Of a stretch of 14,283 nucleotides of DNA, positions 1 to 7,643 are shown one piece after another. The stretch spans positions 1-14,283 of the forward strand of contig JBHLSH010000089.1 of the NCBI GenBank assembly GCA_048881705.1. Reading direction: 5' to 3'. The DNA comes from Candidatus Heimdallarchaeota archaeon. GTDB taxonomy: Archaea > Asgardarchaeota > Heimdallarchaeia > Hodarchaeales > Hodarchaeaceae. The notes beneath the pieces are model-generated. The model saw only the letters and a list, made by a program, of their open reading frames with translations, did not search any database and was not told the origin of the DNA. The stretch's first letter is position 1, and each line of letters opens with the position of its first letter. A program made the translations under genes and the position numbers.

Positions 1-292
1 GAGTCATTCCCCCTCCGATTGGTACCGTAAAAACAACAATATCCTCGTGTTGTAACGTGGCCTGGGGTGAGCGAATACCTTTACCATTGACCATTATGAG
101 CGCATCATTCGAGATTTGCTCCGTGTCAGAATCGATGAGTCCGTTAAACTCCGATCCATATTCATCAGCTAATCTTTTGATGATTCCTCCTATTGTGGTC
201 TTACCTGGCTTAATCTGTTCAACTACCTCCCTTTTTTTGGTCGCTGTCCGGTAATGACCGTGAAATATTATTTTTATTTGGTTTTCCATCAT
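1..292 (-). CDS. MoaD/ThiS/SAMP-family ubiquitin-like (beta-grasp) protein; frame is open to the left window edge, no stop seen
   Basis: Manual translation from ATG 292 (or 289): MMENQIKIIFHGHYRTATKKREVVEQIKPGKTTIGGIIKRLADEYGSEFNGLIDSDTEQISNDALIMVNGKGIRSPQATLQHEDIVVFTVPIGGG-MT... The 'I.F.G..R', 'IMVNG' and 'L...D.V.F..PIGGG' pattern is typical of MoaD/SAMP. An in-frame upstream TAG at 322-320 bounds the start. Confidence 0.85.
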   Translation of the reverse strand, partial: MMENQIKIIFHGHYRTATKKREVVEQIKPGKTTIGGIIKRLADEYGSEFNGLIDSDTEQISNDALIMVNGKGIRSPQATLQHEDIVVFTVPIGGGMT

Positions 293-367
293 TATTCCAG
301 ATATTTGGCCAGTCTTAATCTAAGTTTTTGGTGCATTTTGATAAGCCTTCCCCTGGGATTTTCAATC

Positions 368-2122
368 TTAGGTCCGAATATGGCAATCATAGTTAAGAAT
401 ATAGGTGAGTTCTGGTTCAGTTAACCCATAAATCTTTGCCAAAAACCTATCTACTCGATCCAATGCAAACCTGCATTTGGATGATTTAAACTCCCCTACT
501 CGCCCTCTGTTAGGATCGAAGACAGCCAGTTGATTGTCATTAACAATCTTAGCGAGTCTATGTATCCTTAATTTCTTTCTTTCCAAAGTTTTTTCCTCTG
601 GAAAGGGAAATGGAGTTATTAGAGACCTTGGTAAGTCACGATTATTTCCAAAAGCCGTCCAGAAAAGATAATATAGCGAGGAATTGAGGATAAGTAAACC
701 AAAATCACGTTGAACTTCTGTTATAAATCCAAGCTGTTTTATCTTAGTACTACGGTAAGGAAACTCGTGTAATGCATGAATGAAATAGCCTGCGGATTGA
801 CGATATTCTAATGTATATTTTCCAGAGTTCAGAACATCTCCAAACACTCGATACTTGGCTGTAAATTCCTTCAAAGTCATTAAAATATGTCGTTTTACCT
901 TATGCCCGATCTTGGGCAGCCGTGTCTGCCTGTCTCCTATGCATGACCCGAGTTTTTTTCCTAAACACAGTCCTTCCGTCGACTCATATGTGATATCGTG
1001 AAAAATGGAGGCACGTTGCTCATTCGTAAAACGATGATTAGTACTTGTCCGAATTGGGACTGATGGACCTTTCTCCCCCATGACAAACACTACGCGTTCT
1101 TCATTATCAGGGAATAATCTGAAAGGTCGTGTTCCAAAATAGGCCAGGTTAAACCTTCCCGAAGTTCTCATGAGAGTGCGAACAGAAGTCATTGAACGGT
1201 TAGTAGCCACTGCTCCAGCTAAGATGTTCCCAATATTGCCATCCTTTTTCAAGAGATCAAGTTCTCTTTCTAGAAAGTATCCACAGATATCCCCACAGCC
1301 GGTGACCTTATACTTATTCAAAACGCCATTCTGATTGCTTTTCACTTTTTTCGGGTTTCCAAATGGAGGATTCCCGATGATTATGTCAAATCCACTTCCC
1401 TGTTCTTTAAAAATCTCAGGAAAAGCCTCGAACCAGTGAAAATCTTGATGACTTATAATCCGATCCCCCCGATGCTCCTCTTTGTTAATGTCTCTCTCAA
1501 AAATGTGTCCAAACAAGGAATTTCCGACTCGAATGTTATCGGTGATAGACAATTTCGTCCAGTCCTCTCTCGGTTGCTTCGAATCATTTATCCATAATTT
1601 TAGCCGCAACCTAGCATAATCAACCGCTTTTGAATTCAAATCAACCCCATATAGATTCTTGGTGACAATTTGATCTTTGATTTGAGCTGGTTCAATCTCT
1701 AGACCAAGCTTATTAGCGGCCAAATCCCAGACGTCATACAAAACGTTCGCGGCGGCTATTAAGAATGCACCAGATCCGCAGGCATTATCACAAACTGTTA
1801 TTTGGCCTATATATTCTTCCAAAATGGTTATCCTAGTTTCCATTGAAGCTTTGGTAAAAAAATCGGCTATATTTTGGACAATATTGACATGTGTATTCTC
1901 CCTCTTTAGAAGAATTTTATTTGCCTGTTTCAGAATCCATGGATAAATCGTATGCTTGGCTATATAATCTGTAACGTCACGGGGAGTGTAGTAAGTACCA
2001 GAATTTTTTCGGTCCAGATGAGTCATAAACTCTTCAGGAAGTTTCGCAAGATAATTATCTAGTTCACGATGGGTATTTTTTTCTTCAAATTCAAAACCAT
2101 GTTCCGGAAACAAATATTTCAC
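368..2122 (-). CDS. N6-adenine DNA methyltransferase, Eco57I/type IIG-like, with C-terminal target-recognition region
   Basis: 584-aa ORF with GTG start. It has 'RKNSGTYYTP', SAM-binding motif I 'CDNACGSGAFL', 'NLYGVDLN', 'NIRVGNSL', 'FHWFEAFPEIF' and catalytic motif IV 'GFDIIIGNPPF'. The C-terminus 'IYGLTEPELTYILNYD' resembles that of Eco57I-like enzymes. Confidence 0.88.
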   Translation of the reverse strand: MKYLFPEHGFEFEEKNTHRELDNYLAKLPEEFMTHLDRKNSGTYYTPRDVTDYIAKHTIYPWILKQANKILLKRENTHVNIVQNIADFFTKASMETRITILEEYIGQITVCDNACGSGAFLIAAANVLYDVWDLAANKLGLEIEPAQIKDQIVTKNLYGVDLNSKAVDYARLRLKLWINDSKQPREDWTKLSITDNIRVGNSLFGHIFERDINKEEHRGDRIISHQDFHWFEAFPEIFKEQGSGFDIIIGNPPFGNPKKVKSNQNGVLNKYKVTGCGDICGYFLERELDLLKKDGNIGNILAGAVATNRSMTSVRTLMRTSGRFNLAYFGTRPFRLFPDNEERVVFVMGEKGPSVPIRTSTNHRFTNEQRASIFHDITYESTEGLCLGKKLGSCIGDRQTRLPKIGHKVKRHILMTLKEFTAKYRVFGDVLNSGKYTLEYRQSAGYFIHALHEFPYRSTKIKQLGFITEVQRDFGLLILNSSLYYLFWTAFGNNRDLPRSLITPFPFPEEKTLERKKLRIHRLAKIVNDNQLAVFDPNRGRVGEFKSSKCRFALDRVDRFLAKIYGLTEPELTYILNYDCHIRT

Positions 2123-2324
2123 CAGTTTCTTACATTTTATTGACGCAACACCGTTTCCAAAAGAGGTTTTGACAATATTTGAGAAAATAACATATTTTGA
2201 CGATTTCGACCAGATAAAATTTGCAGCGCATTACTGTCTCGTCAGATATTCTTCATTAGTCCGTTTCATTATCATTTGTGAAATGGCCAGTCTCCAATAG
2301 TCTGTATATACCATCTCTTAACAA

Positions 2325-2339
2325 TATTTAACATTTTTA
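2325..2339 (-). promoter_or_regulatory. Possible BRE/TATA promoter for the leftward methyltransferase transcript
   Basis: Minus strand reads TAAAAA-TG-TTAAATA (2339-2325), back-to-back with the plus-strand promoter candidate. Motif match only. Confidence 0.3.
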
Positions 2340-2347
2340 CCCTCAAC

Positions 2348-2363
2348 CGAAAGCATTTTATAA
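2348..2363 (+). promoter_or_regulatory. Putative archaeal BRE/TATA promoter of the DUF2080-GNAT-bcr operon
   Basis: CGAAAG-CA-TTTTATAA lies about 55 nt upstream of ATG 2416, followed by the SD-like TGAGGT at 2402-2407. Confidence 0.5.
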
Positions 2364-2415
2364 TAGTAAATACACAGTAGCCACTGGGTATGACCTAACC
2401 CTGAGGTTCCAAATT

Positions 2416-2670
2416 ATGCCCGAAGCACCCACATCGGCCGCTAAACAAGATGAAAATGAAGGACAATTATTATCAGATACGGATCAAGAACGGTCTCAAA
2501 GTTTAGTAGAGGATCTCCCGTCTGAATTCAAAGTTTTTGGATATGAAATGTTAGATCGTGAGGTGAAAAAAAGCGGAAACTCTGGCAGAGTATATTTACC
2601 GAAAGATTGGATTGGAACCCGTGTTAGAATCATCCGTGCGTCCAGGCTCATTGAAAAAGGTGATGAATAA
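2416..2670 (+). CDS. DUF2080-family (so-called transposon-associated) small protein with acidic N-terminal extension
   Basis: C-terminal half 'FKVFGYEMLDREVKKSGNSGRVYLPKDWIGTRVRIIR' matches the archaeal DUF2080 signature (GNSGRVYLP..W.G..V.IIR). SD TGAGGT lies upstream. Confidence 0.8.
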   Translation: MPEAPTSAAKQDENEGQLLSDTDQERSQSLVEDLPSEFKVFGYEMLDREVKKSGNSGRVYLPKDWIGTRVRIIRASRLIEKGDE

Positions 2671-2704
2671 TTTTGGGATAAGCTCCAGTTGGAGTCAGGA
2701 TGCG

Positions 2705-3169
2705 ATGGATTCAACAGAAAGAGTTAAGATTAGAAAGATGACCGAAACAGATATTATTCCCATCGCAACCTTGGAGAAACGTATTGCCGGAATATCAAGG
2801 CCTAATACATGGGAGGCCGAGATCCGACATTACCTCGGGGATCCTGAAAGCATCTGTTTGGTTGCAGTAGTAGATGATAAGGGAAACGACGAAGTCGTGG
2901 GTTTTATGATTGGATCGATTCATGCTTGGTTATTTGGGGTAGAGAGGGGAGGATGGATCGAGGTTCTAGGAGTTGACCCAGGTCATACCGCAAAAGGAAT
3001 CGGTAAGAGGCTCGGAGAAGCAATGTTCACGGAATTTAAACACCGTGACGTAAAAGTAGTTCACACGTCAGTTGATTGGTTTCGATCAACCGATATTTTG
3101 GAATTTTTCAAGGCCTTGGGAATGGAAAAAAGCGATTTCATCACGCTAAAGAAAGATCTTCAAGAATAG
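2705..3169 (+). CDS. GNAT-family N-acetyltransferase
   Basis: It has 'IRKMTETDI', 'LVAV...VVGFMIG', 'GWIEVLGVDP', the acetyl-CoA-binding motif A-like 'HTAKGIGKRL' and 'FFKALGM'. Start is uncertain: ATG 2705 (GGAG at 2691-2694) or ATG 2663 overlapping the DUF2080 end. The ORF-track start at 2612 is probably too long. Confidence 0.88.
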   Translation: MDSTERVKIRKMTETDIIPIATLEKRIAGISRPNTWEAEIRHYLGDPESICLVAVVDDKGNDEVVGFMIGSIHAWLFGVERGGWIEVLGVDPGHTAKGIGKRLGEAMFTEFKHRDVKVVHTSVDWFRSTDILEFFKALGMEKSDFITLKKDLQE

Positions 3170-3199
3170 AAGCTAGTTATAGATAATGAGGTAAACAAA

Positions 3200-4426
3200 A
3201 TGGCAGAACAGACTTTGGCACCAACTAGCCTGGAAACAGGTCAATTTTTTCCTTTTTCAGAGCAAATGTCCTTAGATGATCTACTCGGTGTTGCTCGAGA
3301 ATGGATTGAAGACCTTACCTTTCAACATCATCTAGACTGGCGTGAAAAATATAAAACGCCCATCGTTGGCACTTTTCCAGTATATGTCCCCCGTGAACTC
3401 ATTAGTGCTTTTGGTATGCTTCCAGTCGCCCTGCAAGGTGGGGGAGAATTTCTTGAAATCTCACACGCCGAAGCTTATCTTGGATCGTTTATCTGCTCCA
3501 TTCCCAAGAGTACACTGGAACTAGCCTTAGCGCATAACGTAAAGGGGTTTGATGGTTTTATTTCCCCATACATATGCGATGTAGCCCGTAACCTTGCTGG
3601 AGTTTTTGAACGAAACTTCCCCCAAATGACAAGTCATATGCTCCATTACCCACAAAACATCAGATCTCGGGGGGCAGTTCCATATTTGATAGCGGAGTAT
3701 AAACGGCTGATTACAAAGTTCGAGAAGATAACTGGGAAAAAGTTTAACCCCGAATCTTTGAGAACACAGATAAAAGCGTCTAATCAGTGTCAACAAGCTT
3801 TGAAGAAACTATTGGACTATCGTAACTCTCATCCTGGCAGTATAACCATCGATCAGCTCTATATTATACTTCGTTTGGGGAGTCTCATTCCCCATCAGGA
3901 TTATCAAAACGTTTTGAACCATGTACTTTCCGAAATTAAAAGACATGAGAAAGAACGACGGGACTTCGTACCGATTCTTGTGATGGGACCATTCTGTGAG
4001 CAGCCCACGTTGGAGATCATAAAACTCATTGAAGAAGTCGGTTTTTTGGTAGTGGATTTCGATTTTCAAATCGGACAGAGGTTTATAACGGAACCGATTT
4101 CTGAAGAACTCGATCCATTAGAAGCTTTGGCAACCGCGTATGTGAAAAACGCATTTATGTTGCCTACACGCCATAATCCTCAGGGCCGAACCCATGAAAT
4201 CCTTTCTCGGTTAAAGGAAAGCACTCCAACCCCACAAGCTGTGATTTTCCTTACAACGAAATTTTGCGAGCCAGCCCTCGAGGATTTCGTGCTCTATAAA
4301 GAAGCACTAGAGAAAGAAAGGAATCAGATCCCATACTTACATGTTGAATATGAGGAACGTTCATCGAATTTTGAAGATGTTCGATTACAGTTCGAAACAC
4401 TATTCGAATCCATACTTTTTGATTAA
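3200..4426 (+). CDS. bcrC: Class I benzoyl-CoA reductase subunit C (2-hydroxyacyl-CoA dehydratase family, [4Fe-4S])
   Basis: Motifs 'PVYVPRELI', 'GGGEFLEISHAEAYLGSFICSIPKSTLELAL', 'ICDVARNL', 'GPFCEQP' and 'KFCEPAL' parallel Thauera BcrC as recalled. Three candidate cluster Cys (FIC, YIC, KFC). SD GAGGT at 3188-3192. Confidence 0.85.
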   Translation: MAEQTLAPTSLETGQFFPFSEQMSLDDLLGVAREWIEDLTFQHHLDWREKYKTPIVGTFPVYVPRELISAFGMLPVALQGGGEFLEISHAEAYLGSFICSIPKSTLELALAHNVKGFDGFISPYICDVARNLAGVFERNFPQMTSHMLHYPQNIRSRGAVPYLIAEYKRLITKFEKITGKKFNPESLRTQIKASNQCQQALKKLLDYRNSHPGSITIDQLYIILRLGSLIPHQDYQNVLNHVLSEIKRHEKERRDFVPILVMGPFCEQPTLEIIKLIEEVGFLVVDFDFQIGQRFITEPISEELDPLEALATAYVKNAFMLPTRHNPQGRTHEILSRLKESTPTPQAVIFLTTKFCEPALEDFVLYKEALEKERNQIPYLHVEYEERSSNFEDVRLQFETLFESILFD

Positions 4427-4446
4427 CTTCAGGTGATGAAATTAAA

Positions 4447-5778
4447 ATGACTTTTACCCTAGATCCGATTGTATCCTCTCCACTTCCTGATTTAGAATTT
4501 CCAGATCAAATCGAATTGGGTGCTGGGAGAAATACACAACGGTGGCTAAATAAACACTATTACAATTATTTAACTGAACTTAAGCAGAATAAACAAAATA
4601 GGCCAGTTGCCTATATGTTCGTTGGGGGAAATTTGGTCGAATTACTAAGGACAATGGGATTTGAATGTGTCTATCCCGAGATTACCGCATTAGCAACAGC
4701 TATTAAACATAATTCATTGGATCCTATCCTGAAAGCGGAAGAACTTGGGTATGGCCTAGACATATGTGGCTATGTTAAGACAGACATCGGCCTTTCAGTT
4801 GTGGGGCCAGGAAAAACTTCCTTCACAGATATACCAAAGCCCGATCTCCTTGTATGCAATTTTTCTGGGTGTCTAGTCTACATTAAGTGGTGGGAAGCCC
4901 TTGCGGAATTTTATGATTGTCCCTTATTTCTCTACGATGTTCCTTACCTAAGAGATGGAATTGATATAGTTCATAAAGAGGATCTGGAATATCTTAAAAC
5001 TCAGCTCGGTGAGCTAATCGAAGTATGTGAGAAGATAAGCGGTTTCAGCTACGATGAAAAAATAATGAAACAGGTTCTGCATTATGCGAAGGGGGCCGAA
5101 CAGGGATGGCATGACGTTCTTCACATGGGTAAGCATAAACCTTCGCCTTTGGAGGCCTACTTTGAAGCTGTAAATTGGATGTTCCCTATTAATGTACTCC
5201 GGGGGCTCCCTCAAGCCGATATGTTTTATCAGATTGTTAAAGCTGAGCTAGAACTAAGGATGGAGCAGAAATTTTACCCCCTCCCCGAGGAGAAATTCCG
5301 TATTGTTGTCGAGGGGGTACCCCCTTATCCCAGTTATAGAAGTTTTTGGGATTTATTCAAGAACTGGGGAGCTGTTTCCGTAGCTGCGACCTACCCCAAG
5401 GTAGGAGGTCTGTTTGACCTCGGTGAGTCAACGTTTCACGACCCAAACAATCCCATAGAAAGTATTGCGCGATATTCACTCTATGCTTACTGTAATTTAA
5501 GTTTTCCCCTACGTAACCAGATTGTTGAAAATTATATGAATGATTATGAGGCAGATGCCCTGGTTATTCATGGGATTAAGAGTTGTCGATCCTTCACCGC
5601 TGGTCAGGGGGACATGCGCGACTTTATTATCAATGAAGCCGGTTATCCTGCGCTTTACATTGAAAGCGATCATCAAGATCCCCGTTATTACGCAGAGGCC
5701 CAGATCAAGAACCGAGTTGATGCGTTCTTTGAAGCCTTAGAACATCGAAAATTAACTCAAACAGCCACAATTAGGTGA
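4447..5778 (+). CDS. bcrB: Class I benzoyl-CoA reductase subunit B (catalytic [4Fe-4S])
   Basis: Motifs 'GNLVEL', 'ICGYVKTDIG', 'PDLL..FSGCLVYIKWWE', 'KFRIVVEG', 'YPKVGGLFD', 'IKSCRSFTAGQ' and 'IESDHQDPRYY...KNRVDAFF' parallel BcrB. Three candidate cluster Cys. SD AGGTGA at 4431-4436. Confidence 0.85.
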   Translation: MTFTLDPIVSSPLPDLEFPDQIELGAGRNTQRWLNKHYYNYLTELKQNKQNRPVAYMFVGGNLVELLRTMGFECVYPEITALATAIKHNSLDPILKAEELGYGLDICGYVKTDIGLSVVGPGKTSFTDIPKPDLLVCNFSGCLVYIKWWEALAEFYDCPLFLYDVPYLRDGIDIVHKEDLEYLKTQLGELIEVCEKISGFSYDEKIMKQVLHYAKGAEQGWHDVLHMGKHKPSPLEAYFEAVNWMFPINVLRGLPQADMFYQIVKAELELRMEQKFYPLPEEKFRIVVEGVPPYPSYRSFWDLFKNWGAVSVAATYPKVGGLFDLGESTFHDPNNPIESIARYSLYAYCNLSFPLRNQIVENYMNDYEADALVIHGIKSCRSFTAGQGDMRDFIINEAGYPALYIESDHQDPRYYAEAQIKNRVDAFFEALEHRKLTQTATIR

Positions 5779-5784
5779 ATAAAA

Positions 5785-6603
5785 ATGTCAAGAATTGTTG
5801 CGGGCGTGGACATTGGATCTACAACAGCCAAAAGCATAATCATTAACGATCGAAAGGAGATCTTAGGAAAATCTTTGGCTCCAGTCGGGGTTCGCATCGT
5901 GGAGGACGCAGAAACTTCGTTTCACTACGCCCTTAAGGATGCGAATCTTACCAAGGATGAAATCGATTTTGTGATCGGAACCGGATATGGTCGGTTTAAG
6001 GTCTACTTTGGTCAAGCCATTGTTACAGAGATCAGTTGCCATGCTAAAGGTGCCAATTTTTTATTCCCTAATACGCAAACAGTTCTTGATATTGGCGGTC
6101 AAGATACAAAAGCAATACGTATCAATGAACAGGGCGAGATTGTTGATTTTGCTATGAATGACAAGTGTTCAGCTGGTACTGGCCGTTTTCTGGATGTTTG
6201 CGCGGAAGCTCTTGGTTATGATATCGATGAAATCGGAGATGAATCATTAAAAGGAGATAAACCCGTGAAAATAAGCTCTACTTGCACTGTTTTCGCTGAA
6301 AGTGAGGTAACCAACCAGGTATCGCGCGGGAAGAGGCCCGAGAATATACTTGCAGGAATGCATCATTCTATTGCTGTTCGGTCAATTACCCTGCTTCGCA
6401 GAGTTGGCATCTTCCCAGAATTGACATTTACTGGGGGTGTTTCCCGCAATAAGGGATTGGTTCAAGCCCTAGAAAAATCATTAGGGCAAAATGTCAATGT
6501 GAGTCCCCTCTCGCAGTGGCTGGGCGCTGTGGGGGCTGCATTGTTTGCCTTAGAGCGTGCAGGAAATCCCGAAGCTAAGACGAAAGAGAAGGTGACTGTA
6601 TGA
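5785..6603 (+). CDS. bcrA: Class I benzoyl-CoA reductase ATPase/activator subunit A-type (short, 272 aa)
   Basis: ASKHA activase motifs 'GVDIGSTTAK', 'GTGYGR', 'EISCHAKGA' and 'LDIGGQDTK'. Cluster Cys in 'NDKCSAGTGRF' and 'STCTVFAESE'; also 'TFTGGVSRN'. SD AGGTGA overlaps the bcrB stop. Confidence 0.8.
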   Translation: MSRIVAGVDIGSTTAKSIIINDRKEILGKSLAPVGVRIVEDAETSFHYALKDANLTKDEIDFVIGTGYGRFKVYFGQAIVTEISCHAKGANFLFPNTQTVLDIGGQDTKAIRINEQGEIVDFAMNDKCSAGTGRFLDVCAEALGYDIDEIGDESLKGDKPVKISSTCTVFAESEVTNQVSRGKRPENILAGMHHSIAVRSITLLRRVGIFPELTFTGGVSRNKGLVQALEKSLGQNVNVSPLSQWLGAVGAALFALERAGNPEAKTKEKVTV

Positions 6604-7397
6604 CGATAACCGCTGGACTGGATATAGGGGCTGGATCCGTTAAAGGAGTTTTATTAGAGGACGGAAAGACTCTCCTTTCTTATGGCCTCAAGAAAACCAC
6701 AAGCAAACCCATTGATGCAGCTGAACTAATTTTAGACCAGATTACCACAGATAAGGGCTTAAATAGGAATGACATAGATTATTTGACTACTACTGGCTTT
6801 AGTCGCTACCTCTACCCCGACAGAGATCTCCAATTGAGCGATATCACAGCGAATGCACGTGGTGCTGTTTTTCTGTTTCCCCAGACCAAAACCATCTTAG
6901 ATATTGGAACTCAGAGTTCCCGCGCGATCAGTGTCATGGATTCGGGCAAGGTACGAAAATTCAAGTTTACTGAAAAATGCGCCGCCGGTGCGGGACGATT
7001 CGTCGAGCGCTGCTCCAAATACTTGCAAATACCGATGGACGAGCTAGGTCAAATCGCCAAAGAATCAAAAGATCCTTTGCGCATATCCAGCGTCTGTGCC
7101 GTTCTTGCAGAGACTGAAATCATCAATCTAATATCACTAGAAAAAGAAATAGCGGATATTGTCATGGGGGTCTTTATATCGATTGCCAACCGTGCATCAA
7201 CCCTCCTTAAACGTGTGGGTATTAATCCTGAGCTAACCTTGGCTGGCGGCCTTGTCCACAATGATGGAATGGTCGATGCTTTGCATCAAGTGACAGGCTC
7301 GGACATTAACGTTTCCAAAATGGGACATTATTCTGGGGCGCTGGGTGCTGCAATCTTGGGCTACCGCCGTCTTCAACAGTTACAAGAGACTACCTGA
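6600..7397 (+). CDS. bcrD: Class I benzoyl-CoA reductase ATPase/activator subunit D-type
   Basis: N-terminus 'MTITAGLDIGAGSVK' and 'SSVCAVLAETEIIN' match BcrD as recalled. The second motif is degenerate ('DIGTQSSR'), and a cluster Cys lies in 'EKCAAGAGRF'. ATGA overlap with the bcrA stop (6600-6603) and SD AGGTGA at 6590-6595. Confidence 0.82.
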   Translation: MTITAGLDIGAGSVKGVLLEDGKTLLSYGLKKTTSKPIDAAELILDQITTDKGLNRNDIDYLTTTGFSRYLYPDRDLQLSDITANARGAVFLFPQTKTILDIGTQSSRAISVMDSGKVRKFKFTEKCAAGAGRFVERCSKYLQIPMDELGQIAKESKDPLRISSVCAVLAETEIINLISLEKEIADIVMGVFISIANRASTLLKRVGINPELTLAGGLVHNDGMVDALHQVTGSDINVSKMGHYSGALGAAILGYRRLQQLQETT

Positions 7398-7418
7398 AAC
7401 CAACATCGAGAGTTGATC

Positions 7419-7643
7419 ATGATGAACCCACCAATAACACAAGCTGAATTGGAGGCGGATGGATGGATAAAGAAGTTCACAATTGATGAACAACGAATTG
7501 CCGAGTATGTTGAATTGTACGAATCATTAAATCAAGATGTGCGAGTGGTTTCGGTTGTTCCCGAAGAAATCGAAGGTTGCACCAACTGCTTTGAGGCAGA
7601 ATGTAACAAGTTCAAGACAATATATACTCGCCCAAAATCATAA
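7419..7643 (+). CDS. Small uncharacterised CxxC protein at the end of the bcr operon
   Basis: About 74 aa: ITQAELEADGWIKKF..DEQRIAEYVELYESL..DV.V....GCTNCFEAECNKFKTIYTRPK. It starts about 20 nt after the bcrD stop on the same strand. Start could be TTG 7413, ATG 7419 or ATG 7422. Confidence 0.75.
   Translation: MMNPPITQAELEADGWIKKFTIDEQRIAEYVELYESLNQDVRVVSVVPEEIEGCTNCFEAECNKFKTIYTRPKS

Noticed and set aside
57-254. 65-aa plus-strand ORF
   Set aside because: It is the antisense shadow of the MoaD/ThiS-like gene and has no recognisable motif.
2416-2670. Mobile element implied by the 'transposon-associated' DUF2080 label
   Set aside because: No transposase, terminal inverted repeats or target duplications are visible, and the gene is embedded in an operon.
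2496-2714. 72-aa minus-strand ORF
   Set aside because: It is antisense to the better supported DUF2080 and GNAT genes.
3342-7261. Short ORFs 3342-3524, 3527-3796, 3809-4069, 5014-5214, 5540-5740, 7049-7261
   Set aside because: All lie inside bcr genes in other frames or strands and show no motifs.
3200-7397. Alternative call as 2-hydroxyacyl-CoA dehydratase plus activator
   Set aside because: Two different tandem activator subunits (A- and D-type) and BcrB/BcrC-like motifs favour class I BCR. Phylogeny would be decisive.
7413-7643. Ferredoxin call for the small Cys protein
   Set aside because: It has only three Cys (CxxC-xxxx-C) and no CxxCxxCxxxC motif.
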